From positions 1-64,000 of the IMG/VR virus record IMGVR_UViG_3300045988_131228: a stretch of 64,000 nt of DNA. One strand, given 5' to 3'. Within the stretch, counting starts at the first letter, position 1. Every line of letters begins with the position of its first letter. Both the position numbers and the translations under genes were made by a program. Under the pieces are notes generated by a model, which was not told the DNA's origin, searched no databases, and saw only the letters and a program-made list of their open reading frames with translations. Positions 44,098 through 55,080 of the stretch are shown here, piece after piece. This DNA is from a virus.

Positions 44098-45720
44098 ATG
44101 AATAATAGTTCTTTTAATGTGGATAATTGGGAATATTTTTGTAGTTTCGCACGTTGGTATCCTGACCTCTTTTTAGATATGATAAAACCGCAAAAGGGTG
44201 GACTTAATCTACATTTAGATCAACGCATTTATTTAAGAGTTATGTTGCGCTTTACTTCTTTTTATGGGGTGTTTCCAAGAGGATACGGAAAGACTTTTGA
44301 TGAAGTTCTTGCATCTATGCTCGTTTGTGTATTTTTTTCGGAAATTTCAATATCCCTTTCGGCTCAAACCAAGGAAAATGCGGCGGACTTACTGAAAGAT
44401 AAATATAATGAAATTATTCGTTTTTATCCTATGTTGAAAAACGAAATAGAAAAAGCTAATTTTGCAAAAGGTGATGCCTTGATAGTATTTAAGTCTGGTG
44501 CAAGATTGGATAATCTGGCTAATGCACAATCAAGCAAGGGACAAAGACGTAAGCGAATGAATATGGAAGAATCTGCTCTTATTGACAATGATACATTCTT
44601 GGATGCACTTCTTCCTATTGTTGAAGTTCCTCGTGTGTGTGTTGGTAAATATTCTATTACTGACCCAGAGGAATTAAATCAGCAAATAAATTTCTTTACT
44701 ACTGCTGGATTCAAAGGTTCTGATGAATACCAACGATCTGTTGATATGTCAAAGGACATGATTAATTTAAGTGGTAAAATTATATTAGGTTCTAGCTTTT
44801 GGCTTCCATGTTGGTATGGAAGAGGTAGTACAAAAAGTCAGATTTTTCAAAAGAAACGTGATATGACAATGGTTTCATTTGCACAAAACTATGAATCTAA
44901 ATGGGTAGGTGCATCAAATGGAGCATTGGTCAATATTAATAAATTAATGAATTGTCGTTCTCTCCCATCTCCTATTCTTCAATCAAAAAATGAATCTGAT
45001 GAATACTATTTAGGAGTGGACGTTGCAAGAAGTCAAAATACAAATAATAACCAATCATTTATAGCTGTAGTCAAAGTAAACAGGTCTAAAGATAAATCCA
45101 GAATTGTATCTATGGATTTAGTCAATCTTATTAATATCCCAAATATTATGAATTTTACTGCACAGGCATGTGTGGTTAAAAAATATAAACAATTATATAA
45201 TGCAAAAGCTGTTGTTGTCGATGGAAATGGACTCGGTGCAGGTTTAATAGATGAATTATTAAAAGAATCATTTGATCCAATTACTAAAATGTCTTTAGGT
45301 GTATGGGACACCATTAATGATGATAACGAGCCAGAAATTCCCGATATTGCGGAAAAAATATTATATAATTTAAAAGCTCAATCAGTACAAAGTAAAGTCG
45401 TTACAAACTTTATTGATGTTGTAGACAGTGGAAAATTTAGAATCCTTGAGCAACGTCAACAGTCTGAATTTAGCGAAAAGGAATATGATGATTTTGATAA
45501 TTGTGTAGCACCATTTTTACAGACAGATATGCTTTTTGAAGAAATTGCAAACTTAAAATTAAAGCATTTGAATAATGGTGGAGTCACTATTGAAAAAGTT
45601 GTAAATAAACTTGATAAGGATAGAACTATGGCTACACTTTATATACTTTGGTATATAAATGAATTTTGTAGAGATTTATATGCCAATAGTGATTATGAAT
45701 ATTGTACCTTAATAAACTGA
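44098..45720 (+). CDS. terL: terminase large subunit
   Basis: Walker A-like FPRGYGKTF, Walker B-like MNMEESALID. Nuclease-domain motifs YLGVDVARS and VVVDGNGLGAGLIDEL. Confidence 0.85.
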   Translation: MNNSSFNVDNWEYFCSFARWYPDLFLDMIKPQKGGLNLHLDQRIYLRVMLRFTSFYGVFPRGYGKTFDEVLASMLVCVFFSEISISLSAQTKENAADLLKDKYNEIIRFYPMLKNEIEKANFAKGDALIVFKSGARLDNLANAQSSKGQRRKRMNMEESALIDNDTFLDALLPIVEVPRVCVGKYSITDPEELNQQINFFTTAGFKGSDEYQRSVDMSKDMINLSGKIILGSSFWLPCWYGRGSTKSQIFQKKRDMTMVSFAQNYESKWVGASNGALVNINKLMNCRSLPSPILQSKNESDEYYLGVDVARSQNTNNNQSFIAVVKVNRSKDKSRIVSMDLVNLINIPNIMNFTAQACVVKKYKQLYNAKAVVVDGNGLGAGLIDELLKESFDPITKMSLGVWDTINDDNEPEIPDIAEKILYNLKAQSVQSKVVTNFIDVVDSGKFRILEQRQQSEFSEKEYDDFDNCVAPFLQTDMLFEEIANLKLKHLNNGGVTIEKVVNKLDKDRTMATLYILWYINEFCRDLYANSDYEYCTLIN

Positions 45721-45733
45721 AAGGAGGCGACAC

Positions 45734-47389
45734 ATGCCAGAAGAAGTAAAACGCAAGAGGGGTCGCCCTCCAAAACAAAAACCAATAGAGCAACAGGTTG
45801 TAGAATCAAAATCGCAATCTTCAACTGTACAAAATAATAACTATGAATTTAGTAGTTGTGTTACTACAAGTTCTCTGAATTTAGATAGTCTTCTATTTTC
45901 ATGTGGACTATATAATTATTTTTCAAAGTCTACAATTGACTGTGTAATCAGAGATCCCGTTACTTATCATGATGAAGCCATTCGTTTATCTGATTTAATA
46001 TATACAAAAAATGGTATTGTATCTAATTCTATAGATTACATGACTGCTCTCCCATGTCTGGATAGAGTGATTACCATAAAAAGTAAACGTAGTGTAAAAA
46101 AGATAAAAGAGAATAAAGAAAAAATGTCAGCTACATTGAAAACCATTGATGATAAATTGTTTATTCGTGATGCACTACATACAGAAATGCGTGAAGGCAT
46201 AGCTTTTTATTATTTTGATATACGAAAACCAAGTAACGACTTTCAACAATCTATGTCTGATTATGATGTAGAAAACATCGTTGAAATTAATGAACTTGGA
46301 ATCAATGCAAGGATTGTTACTCTTCCTTGGCAATATACAAAAATTGTTGGAAAGAAAAATGGTCGTTATGTTCTAGCTTTTAATCTTAGATATTTTGATG
46401 ATTTCACTGGTGATACACAGGAAAGAAAATTAAAGAAATATCCAAAAGAAATATCAGATGGATATAACAAAAAACGTAAAGGATTAATTAAAGATTGGTT
46501 AATTCTTGATAGTGATAAGACCATGTGTAGAAAAATCAAATGTAAAGACTCTGAGCCTTGGGGACGAAGTTTGATTATTGCTGCATTAGAAGATGTTTTA
46601 TATAAAGATTATTATACTGACACTAAGCGTAATGTGTTAGATGAAATCAATAATAAGATAATTTACGAAACATTTCCAGAAGGTAAAGATAAAGGTACTT
46701 GTGCTTTAAGTAAAAAACAGCAAGAAGATCAACATAACACTGTCAAACAAGCTATTATGACTAAAAATAGTAAAGGTGGAACAAGTTTCTTCTCTGTCGC
46801 AGCAGGTACAAAATTAGATTCTATTGATATTGATTTAGATATTTTTGATTCTAAAAATGAATCAGACTTAAATAATAATATATCTTTAGATTTAGGTATT
46901 TGTGCATCATTAATCGGTGCAATGTCAACGGGTAATTTTGCATCTGGACAATCAAATTTGGAAATGATAACTGCGCAACTATATACATGGGTTTATGAAT
47001 GGCAAACAGAATTAAATTATGTAATAAATAAAAATATCATTAAAGATGATAAAAATAAAGTGGAAATCTACTACTTCCCTACTTCTTTTGTAAATAGAAA
47101 AACATTCTTTGATCAAATGAAGACACTATATTCGGAAGCAAGCGGTTCATTAACTTTCTTGGTAGCAAGCGCAGGTATTGATCCTGATGTGTATTTTAAT
47201 ATTCTTGACCAAGAAATTGAAGATGGTATATACGACCGCTACAAACCCCATGAAACAAGTTACACTTTAAGTAAAAATCAAGAAGATTCTAATGGAAGAC
47301 CACAAATAGATAATCCTACAAATGAAAATACTATTAGATCAAAAACGAATAACAGTAATGATATGCCTAAGCCATCTAATAATAAATAA
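45734..47389 (+). CDS. portal protein (position and size based)
   Basis: 551-aa ORF directly after terL. Confidence 0.55.
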   Translation: MPEEVKRKRGRPPKQKPIEQQVVESKSQSSTVQNNNYEFSSCVTTSSLNLDSLLFSCGLYNYFSKSTIDCVIRDPVTYHDEAIRLSDLIYTKNGIVSNSIDYMTALPCLDRVITIKSKRSVKKIKENKEKMSATLKTIDDKLFIRDALHTEMREGIAFYYFDIRKPSNDFQQSMSDYDVENIVEINELGINARIVTLPWQYTKIVGKKNGRYVLAFNLRYFDDFTGDTQERKLKKYPKEISDGYNKKRKGLIKDWLILDSDKTMCRKIKCKDSEPWGRSLIIAALEDVLYKDYYTDTKRNVLDEINNKIIYETFPEGKDKGTCALSKKQQEDQHNTVKQAIMTKNSKGGTSFFSVAAGTKLDSIDIDLDIFDSKNESDLNNNISLDLGICASLIGAMSTGNFASGQSNLEMITAQLYTWVYEWQTELNYVINKNIIKDDKNKVEIYYFPTSFVNRKTFFDQMKTLYSEASGSLTFLVASAGIDPDVYFNILDQEIEDGIYDRYKPHETSYTLSKNQEDSNGRPQIDNPTNENTIRSKTNNSNDMPKPSNNK

Positions 47390-47404
47390 AAGAGGTAAAA
47401 ATAT

Positions 47405-47575
47405 ATGGATGTAAAACTTTATACATGCTACTCTCTCCCTCTTCGCAATTACTTACGGAACAATGGAGTGAAATATAAATTAGCAGCATTAAATCCAAAT
47501 AGTAAGAAATTATTTTGGGTTTATGTAAAAGATGAAAAACTTGATAATTTGTTAAATGAGTGGTCTGCAAAATAA
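47405..47575 (+). CDS. small protein (56 aa), paralogous to 51494-51673
   Basis: MDVKLYTCYSLPLRNYLRNNGVKYK...LFWVYVKDEKLDNLLNEW. The shared pattern with the paralogue is CYS..L..(n)..G...(n)..D. Confidence 0.45.
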   Translation: MDVKLYTCYSLPLRNYLRNNGVKYKLAALNPNSKKLFWVYVKDEKLDNLLNEWSAK

Positions 47576-47616
47576 GCAGATCACTTTTATTATGTAAAAA
47601 TATTTGGAGGTATAAA

Positions 47617-48567
47617 ATGGCAAGAAAACTAACTCATGATGAATGGATTAATAAATACAAAGACAATATAGATGATTCATTAGAATTATTATCAAAATAT
47701 GATGGTACTAAAAATAAAATACAAGTACGATGTAAATTTTGTGGAAAAATATATTACACTCTTCCATCAGTTTTAGTTAATGGATGTAAGTGTAAACATT
47801 GTTCTTTAACAAAAACAAATGAACAATTTGTAGAAGAGTTAAGCTCTATAAATAAAAATATTTTACCTTTAGAAAAATATCGTTCAGACGGAACGCCGAT
47901 TTTAGTTAAATGTTTGATTTGTGGACATGAATGGAAAGCTATTCCTACGCATTTGTTGAAAAATCATGGGTGTCCACAATGTGCACGAAAACTTGTGGGA
48001 TTAAAAAAGCGAAAAAATTTGAATGATTTTTTATTAGACTTAAAAAAGAAAAATCCAACCGTTGCTTATATAGACGGGTTTGAAAAAATGCATTCAAAAG
48101 TAACATTTAAGAGTAAAATATGTGGACATACTTGGAAATCAACGCCTAATAATGTCATCTATGGTGGTTCAGGATGTCCAATTTGTTCGATGTCTCAAGG
48201 TGAAAGAAAAATATATACTTTTTTATCTGATAATAATATAGAGTTTGAGCCACAAAAAGTATTTGATGATTTATTTGGCGTTAATAATGGACTTTTATCT
48301 TATGATTTTTATCTTGAAAAATATAATTTGCTTATTGAATATCAAGGGCAACAACATGAAAAACCAGTTGTTCTGCCTTTTGTAAAACGCAAGAAAATTA
48401 CGCCAGAAGAACAGTTTAAAATTCAGCAAGAACATGATAAACGTAAACGAGAATATGCAAAATCTCATAATATTGAACTAATGGAAATTTGGTATTGGGA
48501 TAAAGATAAGATAAATGAAATTCTAAGTAACAAATTAAATATTAATAATATTAAGAAACTTGCATAA
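47617..48567 (+). CDS. homing-endonuclease-like protein: three Zn-ribbon repeats plus a PD-(D/E)XK-like nuclease
   Basis: Repeats of type C.(F/I)CG..W...P..L...GCP.C occur three times. C-terminal SYDFYLEKYNLLIEYQGQQH. The ATG at 47617 follows GGAGGTATAAA. Confidence 0.55.
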   Translation: MARKLTHDEWINKYKDNIDDSLELLSKYDGTKNKIQVRCKFCGKIYYTLPSVLVNGCKCKHCSLTKTNEQFVEELSSINKNILPLEKYRSDGTPILVKCLICGHEWKAIPTHLLKNHGCPQCARKLVGLKKRKNLNDFLLDLKKKNPTVAYIDGFEKMHSKVTFKSKICGHTWKSTPNNVIYGGSGCPICSMSQGERKIYTFLSDNNIEFEPQKVFDDLFGVNNGLLSYDFYLEKYNLLIEYQGQQHEKPVVLPFVKRKKITPEEQFKIQQEHDKRKREYAKSHNIELMEIWYWDKDKINEILSNKLNINNIKKLA

Positions 48568-48614
48568 TCAAGTTTCTTTTTATTATACAACTTTTTAACA
48601 AGGAGGATTAAATT

Positions 48615-49847
48615 ATGTTAAATAATATCCTCGAAATTTCTAAACGTGCTTCTAAAAATGGTCGTGTACCAATCAAGATTGCTCTTCTAAAAATCCATAA
48701 TGATTCAACAAGTACAAATAAAAATGGACTTCATTGGAAAAAAGAATATGTTCAAAATGCAATGGATAGTGTAATTGGTATGCCATTATGCACTGAATTT
48801 GCAGATGATGATAAAGAAGTTCCAATTGGTCATGGATTGACAGGAAGTGAGTATGACTCCAATGGAAATGCTCAACCTGTTTTTGAAAACTCAGTTGTAG
48901 TTGGAACGTGTGAATCAGTTTCTATTGAAACTATTATAGATGAAAACGGAAACAAAATAGAAGTTCTTGCTACAGATGGATATTTATATAATCAGCGTTA
49001 TCCAAAATTTGTCAAATGGGTAAGAAAAAATTATGCAATTGGAAAAGTAGACACATCTATTGAGATTATGGGAACACCAGAAAACGAAAATCAAATTATT
49101 TATGAAGAAGATGAACCAAAAGAAGAGTTTCGTACTCCGAAAACATTTTGTTTTACTGGTTCAGCAATTCTTGGTGTTTCACCAGCAGATGATGATGCCA
49201 TTGTATTAGAAGTCGCTCAAAAGAAAGAAAACAAGGAGGAAAACAAAGAAATGGAATTTAATATGGATGAAATTAAAAGCACAATCCAAGCTACTATTTC
49301 TGAGATGAATGAGAAATCTGAATCTTATGAAACAAAGATTTCTGAGTTAAATTCTCAGATTGAAGCAAAAGATGCCGAATTAGCAGAAAAGGATTCTAAA
49401 ATTTCTGAACTTAATGCTTCAATCGCTGATATGCAGAAAGCTCTTGATGACATTAGAGCAGAACAATCATCTTCTTGGGATCAAATGAGAATCCTTGAGG
49501 AAGAAATTGCTAAAGCAAAAGTAGCCGAAAAACTTAGTGAAGTCGACTCTGCTCTTGGAGAATTTAGCGCAGAAGAAAAAGAAGTTGCAAAAGATGATAT
49601 TGATAAATTAAAAGAAAATATTAACGCTTGCAAAAAGAAAGAAGAACTAAATAACGTTACTTCTGAAATCAATTCTATCAAATCTAAAATCTGTATGAGC
49701 ATTGTTGAAAAACAGAAAAAAGCCGAGGCTGATGCAAAAATCGCAGAACAAAATTCAAAAAAAGAAACTGTAGAAACTGAGGATATTTTCTCAGAAATGT
49801 GTACAGAGGTTACTACTTCTGATGAAGAAGACCTCAATATTTTTTAA
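48615..49847 (+). CDS. scaffolding protein (possibly a prohead protease-scaffold fusion)
   Basis: 410 aa. Globular N-terminal half and an acidic coiled-coil C-terminal half. Positioned between portal and capsid genes. Confidence 0.5.
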   Translation: MLNNILEISKRASKNGRVPIKIALLKIHNDSTSTNKNGLHWKKEYVQNAMDSVIGMPLCTEFADDDKEVPIGHGLTGSEYDSNGNAQPVFENSVVVGTCESVSIETIIDENGNKIEVLATDGYLYNQRYPKFVKWVRKNYAIGKVDTSIEIMGTPENENQIIYEEDEPKEEFRTPKTFCFTGSAILGVSPADDDAIVLEVAQKKENKEENKEMEFNMDEIKSTIQATISEMNEKSESYETKISELNSQIEAKDAELAEKDSKISELNASIADMQKALDDIRAEQSSSWDQMRILEEEIAKAKVAEKLSEVDSALGEFSAEEKEVAKDDIDKLKENINACKKKEELNNVTSEINSIKSKICMSIVEKQKKAEADAKIAEQNSKKETVETEDIFSEMCTEVTTSDEEDLNIF

Positions 49848-49864
49848 TTAAGGAGGATAATTAA

Positions 49865-50281
49865 ATGATTAAATTTAATACTATCGGACAGATTGAGCAT
49901 GGAGAGTATCCATTTGAAGATGCTATTGCTTCCGCAGACACATTTAATGGAGCATATGGCGAAGTAACTTCTGGTTCTTTTGCTGTAGGAGCTAAAAAAG
50001 GTAAAGTTATCATGCAAGTTGAACGTGGCGATGATGAATATATGCCTACATATAAAATCGTAAAAGGTGAACATGTAAGAGTTCTTGATCTTGCAAAATT
50101 AGAAGGAAAAATTGTAGAAGTTTATGGTGATGAACTTCCAGCAGATGTTGCTAAAGGTGACAAACTTGAATCTGATGCAACTGGAAAACTCGTAAAAGGT
50201 GCTACCGCAGCTCCATACCTAGAAGTTACTGCAATCGTAGGAAACCATCTTGGTGTTGAAGCCAAGGTTGTAACTGCCTAA
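49865..50281 (+). CDS. putative head decoration/auxiliary capsid protein (position based)
   Basis: 138-aa ORF immediately upstream of the major capsid gene. Confidence 0.4.
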   Translation: MIKFNTIGQIEHGEYPFEDAIASADTFNGAYGEVTSGSFAVGAKKGKVIMQVERGDDEYMPTYKIVKGEHVRVLDLAKLEGKIVEVYGDELPADVAKGDKLESDATGKLVKGATAAPYLEVTAIVGNHLGVEAKVVTA

Positions 50282-50300
50282 TTAAAGGAGGAATAAAGTA

Positions 50301-51401
50301 ATGTCTTATACATTTGAATTAAATAATGAAAGAAAAGATGCTAATTTTGTTAGCGGAAAAATTAATGGGAAATCTGCAATTGTAGAAATTTTCTCTGCAA
50401 TGAGAGATGGAAAAGATCTTGCACCTTATGGCAAGAAAGCAGATGTAGCTGCTAAATATATTAAGGAATTAAATGAGAAGGCAAGCAACAATGACTTATC
50501 TGCCATCTCCGAATTAAATGAGATTCGTAGATTCTCTATGCAACCAGTTCTATTGCAAGAAATTAAATTACTTGGTATTTACGGTAATTACAAACCAATT
50601 GGTTACAACGAATCTTGCGAAGTTGAAATTCCAGTGTTTGCAAATCTTTCTGCAAATGAGCAAGCTCTTGGTCAGGACGTTAAGTTCCCTGTAGTCAGAA
50701 AGAAACGTGTACCAATTTCTACAACCACTATTTCTGGCGGTTACGCTGTAGATTATAGAAAAGCTGCTCTTGGTGATATGAGTGACGAGAATGAATTACA
50801 GGATCAAGTACGTGTTCAGATTAGAAATAAAGCAGCAAAATATGTTGTTGATACTGTATACAAAGCAATCAAAAACGCAACTGGTGTAAAATACTTCTTT
50901 GAAGGAAGTGGTCTTACAAAGACTGGTGTTGATGGAGTTATTTCTAAAGTAAGACGTTTTGGTAAACCAACAGTATCTGGTGATTATGCACTTATTTCTC
51001 AGTTCAATGGATTTGCAGGATACCAAGGTGTTACACCTACTGTAAATGGAATTTCCGAAGCAGTTATGAACGAGATTCATAACACTGGTCTGATGGGTGT
51101 ATATAACGGTACAACTCTGAGCGAAATCCCAAATGCTTATGATATGACTACTCTTACAGCAGATGGAACAAATTTTGAAACAATGCTTCCAGCAGGTCTT
51201 GGATTTGTAATGCCTACAGGTGGACAATCTCCAATTTATACAGTTACTCGTGGTGGTCTTACATCCATCTCTGGTAATGACATTACAACTGGTCAGTTAA
51301 TTTCAAGATTTGACCTTGAGGTAGGATGTCTTGTTGTTCCTGGTCAGGAATATCGTGTAGGCATGGTGCATGATACAAATCTTGATTCATTAGCAGATTA
51401 A
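50301..51401 (+). CDS. major capsid protein (position and size based)
   Basis: 366-aa ORF after the scaffold gene, with a strong SD AAAGGAGGAATAAAGTA. Confidence 0.6.
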   Translation: MSYTFELNNERKDANFVSGKINGKSAIVEIFSAMRDGKDLAPYGKKADVAAKYIKELNEKASNNDLSAISELNEIRRFSMQPVLLQEIKLLGIYGNYKPIGYNESCEVEIPVFANLSANEQALGQDVKFPVVRKKRVPISTTTISGGYAVDYRKAALGDMSDENELQDQVRVQIRNKAAKYVVDTVYKAIKNATGVKYFFEGSGLTKTGVDGVISKVRRFGKPTVSGDYALISQFNGFAGYQGVTPTVNGISEAVMNEIHNTGLMGVYNGTTLSEIPNAYDMTTLTADGTNFETMLPAGLGFVMPTGGQSPIYTVTRGGLTSISGNDITTGQLISRFDLEVGCLVVPGQEYRVGMVHDTNLDSLAD

Positions 51402-51493
51402 TTGTTAATCAAAGGTAATATTATATAGTCTTATTGTGAATAGAGTCACATTATTTGTGGCTCTATTTTACTTAGTCAAAAGGAGTCAACATT

Positions 51494-51673
51494 ATGAGAG
51501 ATTATTTCCATTGCTATTCTAAAAGGCTTGCTTGTTTCATCATGGCATTTGGTATTCGTTATGAGAAAAAACTTATAAATCAGAAAAACGGTATGCCTTA
51601 TTATACATTTAAGAAAACAGAACGAATGGATAAAATAATTGATCTATATAGAAAAGTAATTCACACAATTTAA
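51494..51673 (+). CDS. small protein (59 aa), paralogous to 47405-47575
   Basis: AAAGGAGTCAACATT-ATG. MRDYFHCYSKRLACFIMAFGIRYEKK... Confidence 0.45.
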   Translation: MRDYFHCYSKRLACFIMAFGIRYEKKLINQKNGMPYYTFKKTERMDKIIDLYRKVIHTI

Positions 51674-51712
51674 TCGTTAAGAAAGAAATATAGTCGATAA
51701 GGAGAATTTAAA

Positions 51713-52267
51713 ATGCCAACAAAAAGAACAACTACTACCACTACAAAAAAAGTTGAAGAAGTAAATCCAACAGAAGAAATTGTTGTAGAAGAAACCCCAG
51801 TTGATGTTGAAGAGGATTTTAATCTTGAAAAAAAAGTTACTGTAAGAAGTATTGCAGAATGGACAACAGGATTCCAAAGAATTGAAACAAATGGAGATGT
51901 TACTATTCCACCAAACGGAACAGTAAGATTATCCAGAGGTGAAATTATTTCACAGGTTCAGAATGGAAATCTTTTATTCACAGGAATAGACGGTCAAGGT
52001 TCTCATGCAACTCTTTATATTGAAGATAAACCTACGAGAATTGAAGCGGATTTTGAAACAGAAACTTCTCAACAGAATGTAATTAATAAAGAACGTATTG
52101 ATGATTTATTTGCTATCAGATCAATAAAAGATTTTGAATCTACATTACATTCTATGGTTGTTACAAGAGCAGAAAAATATGCAATTATGGGATTTATCCG
52201 AAAAGGAAACTTCAATGATTATAATAAAGTACGTGCAGTAGAGGATTATACAAAATTACAAGTATAA
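51713..52267 (+). CDS. hypothetical structural-module protein
   Basis: 184-aa ORF. Confidence 0.5.
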   Translation: MPTKRTTTTTTKKVEEVNPTEEIVVEETPVDVEEDFNLEKKVTVRSIAEWTTGFQRIETNGDVTIPPNGTVRLSRGEIISQVQNGNLLFTGIDGQGSHATLYIEDKPTRIEADFETETSQQNVINKERIDDLFAIRSIKDFESTLHSMVVTRAEKYAIMGFIRKGNFNDYNKVRAVEDYTKLQV

Positions 52268-52277
52268 GGATGGTGAA

Positions 52278-52676
52278 TTGATGGAGAAAAACACAACTTA
52301 TACGGAAGTCATAAATAGCTTCCATAGTACATTTCAAGACAAAGTTATAATACCAGAAGGACTTGAAAAAGTATGGTTTTTAAAAGCAGTTGGAAAATAT
52401 TCTTTTGAGATTGACTCCATCAATTTTGATGAAGAATTAAATGAGTTTGATTCTAAATTAAAAAGATACACAATAGATACTCTTGGTCTTATGATGAAGA
52501 AATTTTATCAAGAACGTGAGTTATCAAAAGTTAATAAACGTATCAGCATTGTTTCTAAAGATCTGTCTATTGATGGATCAAACGGAAGCAAAACCGCTAC
52601 ATTGAATGAACTTGAAAAAGTATCAGAAGAATTAGACGAAATGATATATAAGCAAACTCCTTCTGCTTATGATTAG
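52278..52676 (+). CDS. hypothetical head-tail connector-region protein
   Basis: 132-aa ORF. Confidence 0.45.
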   Translation: MMEKNTTYTEVINSFHSTFQDKVIIPEGLEKVWFLKAVGKYSFEIDSINFDEELNEFDSKLKRYTIDTLGLMMKKFYQERELSKVNKRISIVSKDLSIDGSNGSKTATLNELEKVSEELDEMIYKQTPSAYD

Positions 52677-52687
52677 GAGGTGTCTAA

Positions 52688-53707
52688 ATGCAAGAATGGT
52701 ATTTAATGACACCTGAAACAAGACCTAATATTACAGGTGGTTTTGAGAATGATGTTTTTTTAGATTACAAAGAAGATGCTTTTGCGGAAGCTCTTTCTAC
52801 AGATATAGCTAAAACAGTTATTTTATGCAATTCTGATATGACAGAAATTGGAGAAATCAGAGTTATTATTATGGATAATTTGGCTAATACGCAACTTAAA
52901 TCTATGGAACGTTCTGTTTTTGCTGTAATTGGTACATTAAAAGCAGGAATGTATATAAAGTTTGAGAATCAATATTGGTTGATTAGTGGTTATCCTGGTA
53001 ATAATGGAGTATGCGAAAAGGCTACCGCTATATTATGTCAATATGAATTAATATGGCAAGATGATGACGGAAAGATTATAAGACGTTGGGCTAATTTCAC
53101 CAGTGCCAGCAAGTATGATAACGGAAGAACGTTAGGGTCTACAATCATCCTTACATCAAATAACTTTACAATTTGGATTCCAGAAGATGATGATGGAACG
53201 ACTCTTGATGGACGTAGAGTGTTCATTGACAGAGTAAAGACTGGACAATTACCAACAAAAGTATTTGAGATAACAAGAAGTGATGATGTATTGTATCTTT
53301 TCGGAAAAGATCATGGTGGAATATTAAGTTTCATTGCAGATAAAGATGAACTTAATAAGGTGACAGATAGACAAGATTTATGGATCTGCAACTACAAATC
53401 CCCCACTACTCCTACTCTCCCACCATCAGAACCAGACAATCCAACTACATCTGTCACAATCACAGGTGGCGATACTCTCCGATACGGCAGAGCAAAAACA
53501 TGGACTGTTACTTTTTCTGATTCTGAAAATCAACCAAATTTCACATGGAATGTCGAATCAGACTTCAAAATCACTCAAAATATCACAGGTAATAAAATAC
53601 AGTTAAAATGTACAGATGATAAGGCAATCGACTGTATGTTTACGCTACAAGTTCTCGACAATGAAAGTAACATTTTATCTGAAACAACTATTACTATTGT
53701 AGGATAA
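52688..53707 (+). CDS. structural protein with a C-terminal Ig-like segment
   Basis: 339 aa. A PTTPTLPPSEPDNPTT linker is followed by SVTITGGDTLRYGRAKTWTVTFSD. Confidence 0.45.
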   Translation: MQEWYLMTPETRPNITGGFENDVFLDYKEDAFAEALSTDIAKTVILCNSDMTEIGEIRVIIMDNLANTQLKSMERSVFAVIGTLKAGMYIKFENQYWLISGYPGNNGVCEKATAILCQYELIWQDDDGKIIRRWANFTSASKYDNGRTLGSTIILTSNNFTIWIPEDDDGTTLDGRRVFIDRVKTGQLPTKVFEITRSDDVLYLFGKDHGGILSFIADKDELNKVTDRQDLWICNYKSPTTPTLPPSEPDNPTTSVTITGGDTLRYGRAKTWTVTFSDSENQPNFTWNVESDFKITQNITGNKIQLKCTDDKAIDCMFTLQVLDNESNILSETTITIVG

Positions 53708-53723
53708 ATCGGAGGTATATTAT

Positions 53724-54212
53724 ATGGCAAAATCAGTTGCCAGAGATTTGGCTTTTGTCAAATCAAAAGTAATTTCTCGTCTATTAGAATCTGATGAATT
53801 TGCAAAAGTAATGTTGCGTAAGGAAGATTTTACTGATGATGAGAAAAACGACATGGAGTATAAACAAGTATTTGATTATCCTTATGTTGATGGAACGCAG
53901 GAAGAAGTTATGCCTTTTGTTTGTGTAGAAACAGTTTGTAGAGGTACAAATCGTACCGTAAAATCTATGGACTTGTATATCTGGATTTTCGTGCATCGTA
54001 ATTGTATGCAAATGGAATCTAATGTAAAAAGTTACATGGGTAATCGTGCAGATGTTCTTACAGATATTATAGAAAGACTTCTACGTGATTCTGATGATTT
54101 AGGAATTGGAAAACCAAGTCTTGATGACATTGGCTATACTGTTCCACAGTCCAGTTATTATGGACGACAACTCAAATATAGCATTCCTGATTTTAAAATC
54201 AAGGAGGTGTGA
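53724..54212 (+). CDS. hypothetical head-tail joining-region protein
   Basis: 162-aa ORF. Confidence 0.45.
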   Translation: MAKSVARDLAFVKSKVISRLLESDEFAKVMLRKEDFTDDEKNDMEYKQVFDYPYVDGTQEEVMPFVCVETVCRGTNRTVKSMDLYIWIFVHRNCMQMESNVKSYMGNRADVLTDIIERLLRDSDDLGIGKPSLDDIGYTVPQSSYYGRQLKYSIPDFKIKEV

Positions 54213-54215
54213 TAT

Positions 54216-55007
54216 TTGAAAGGATTTTCAGAGTATGACTATCTCTGTGATGAACCTTATTTTTATGAAGGTATAGGTCATGTTAAATGCCCTACTCTTA
54301 GGGATATAAGACATATAACTTATGGACAATTCAATATTTTTCTCTCTTATATTTCTATTACTCAGAAGCAATTTCTTGAAACATTCGGTCTTACTGAAAA
54401 ATTCAATTCCCTGGACGAAGAAGAAAAAAATAAAAATACTATTTACAATTTACTTACATTCGGAATGAATCGTGCAGATTTTCTTGCCTACATGATTAGT
54501 TTCTTTGTTATGGATGATTTTCAGTATAATCCAGAACAGAATGCTTTTCTCATTGGCACTTATGAGAAGGACGATGATGGAAAGGAAATCTTTAACGAAA
54601 CGGGGAAAATTGATAATAGCAATTTTGATGAATTTCGTGCGTTTCTGCAAGTTATATTAGGAATTAAATCTGAGAAAGAAGTTGAAAAACCTAAATATAA
54701 AAATAAGTTAGCTCAACGTATTGCTGAGAAATTAGCAAAACATAAGAGTGAACAAAAAGAAAAACAAACATCTGCGGATGATGATTATACATTACCAAAC
54801 ATGATTGTGAAATATTGTACTCACAACAAAGTTGGAATCAATATATTGAATGTTTGGGATATGACATATTATCAATTCATGAAGATGTTTTTAGAATATA
54901 GGATGGGAAGACAAGCAGATATAAATGATATGATGGCTGCTAATTCATTCTCATTCAAAAACTCTAAGGATTATAAACCTATGGAGTATATGAACAAAAT
55001 TAAATAA
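54216..55007 (+). CDS. hypothetical structural-module protein
   Basis: 263-aa ORF. Confidence 0.45.
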   Translation: MKGFSEYDYLCDEPYFYEGIGHVKCPTLRDIRHITYGQFNIFLSYISITQKQFLETFGLTEKFNSLDEEEKNKNTIYNLLTFGMNRADFLAYMISFFVMDDFQYNPEQNAFLIGTYEKDDDGKEIFNETGKIDNSNFDEFRAFLQVILGIKSEKEVEKPKYKNKLAQRIAEKLAKHKSEQKEKQTSADDDYTLPNMIVKYCTHNKVGINILNVWDMTYYQFMKMFLEYRMGRQADINDMMAANSFSFKNSKDYKPMEYMNKIK

Positions 55008-55080
55008 TGAAAACTTTCAAACAAAGTCGCTGAGATTTCAGTGGCTTATTTTATTTTTAAGAAAATGGAGGAATTAAATT

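Noticed and set aside
47429-47435. TACTCTC copy inside the 56-aa ORF as a regulatory site
   Set aside because: It lies within coding sequence, without the hairpin partner or T-tract seen at the intergenic copies. It is treated as a chance or incidental occurrence.
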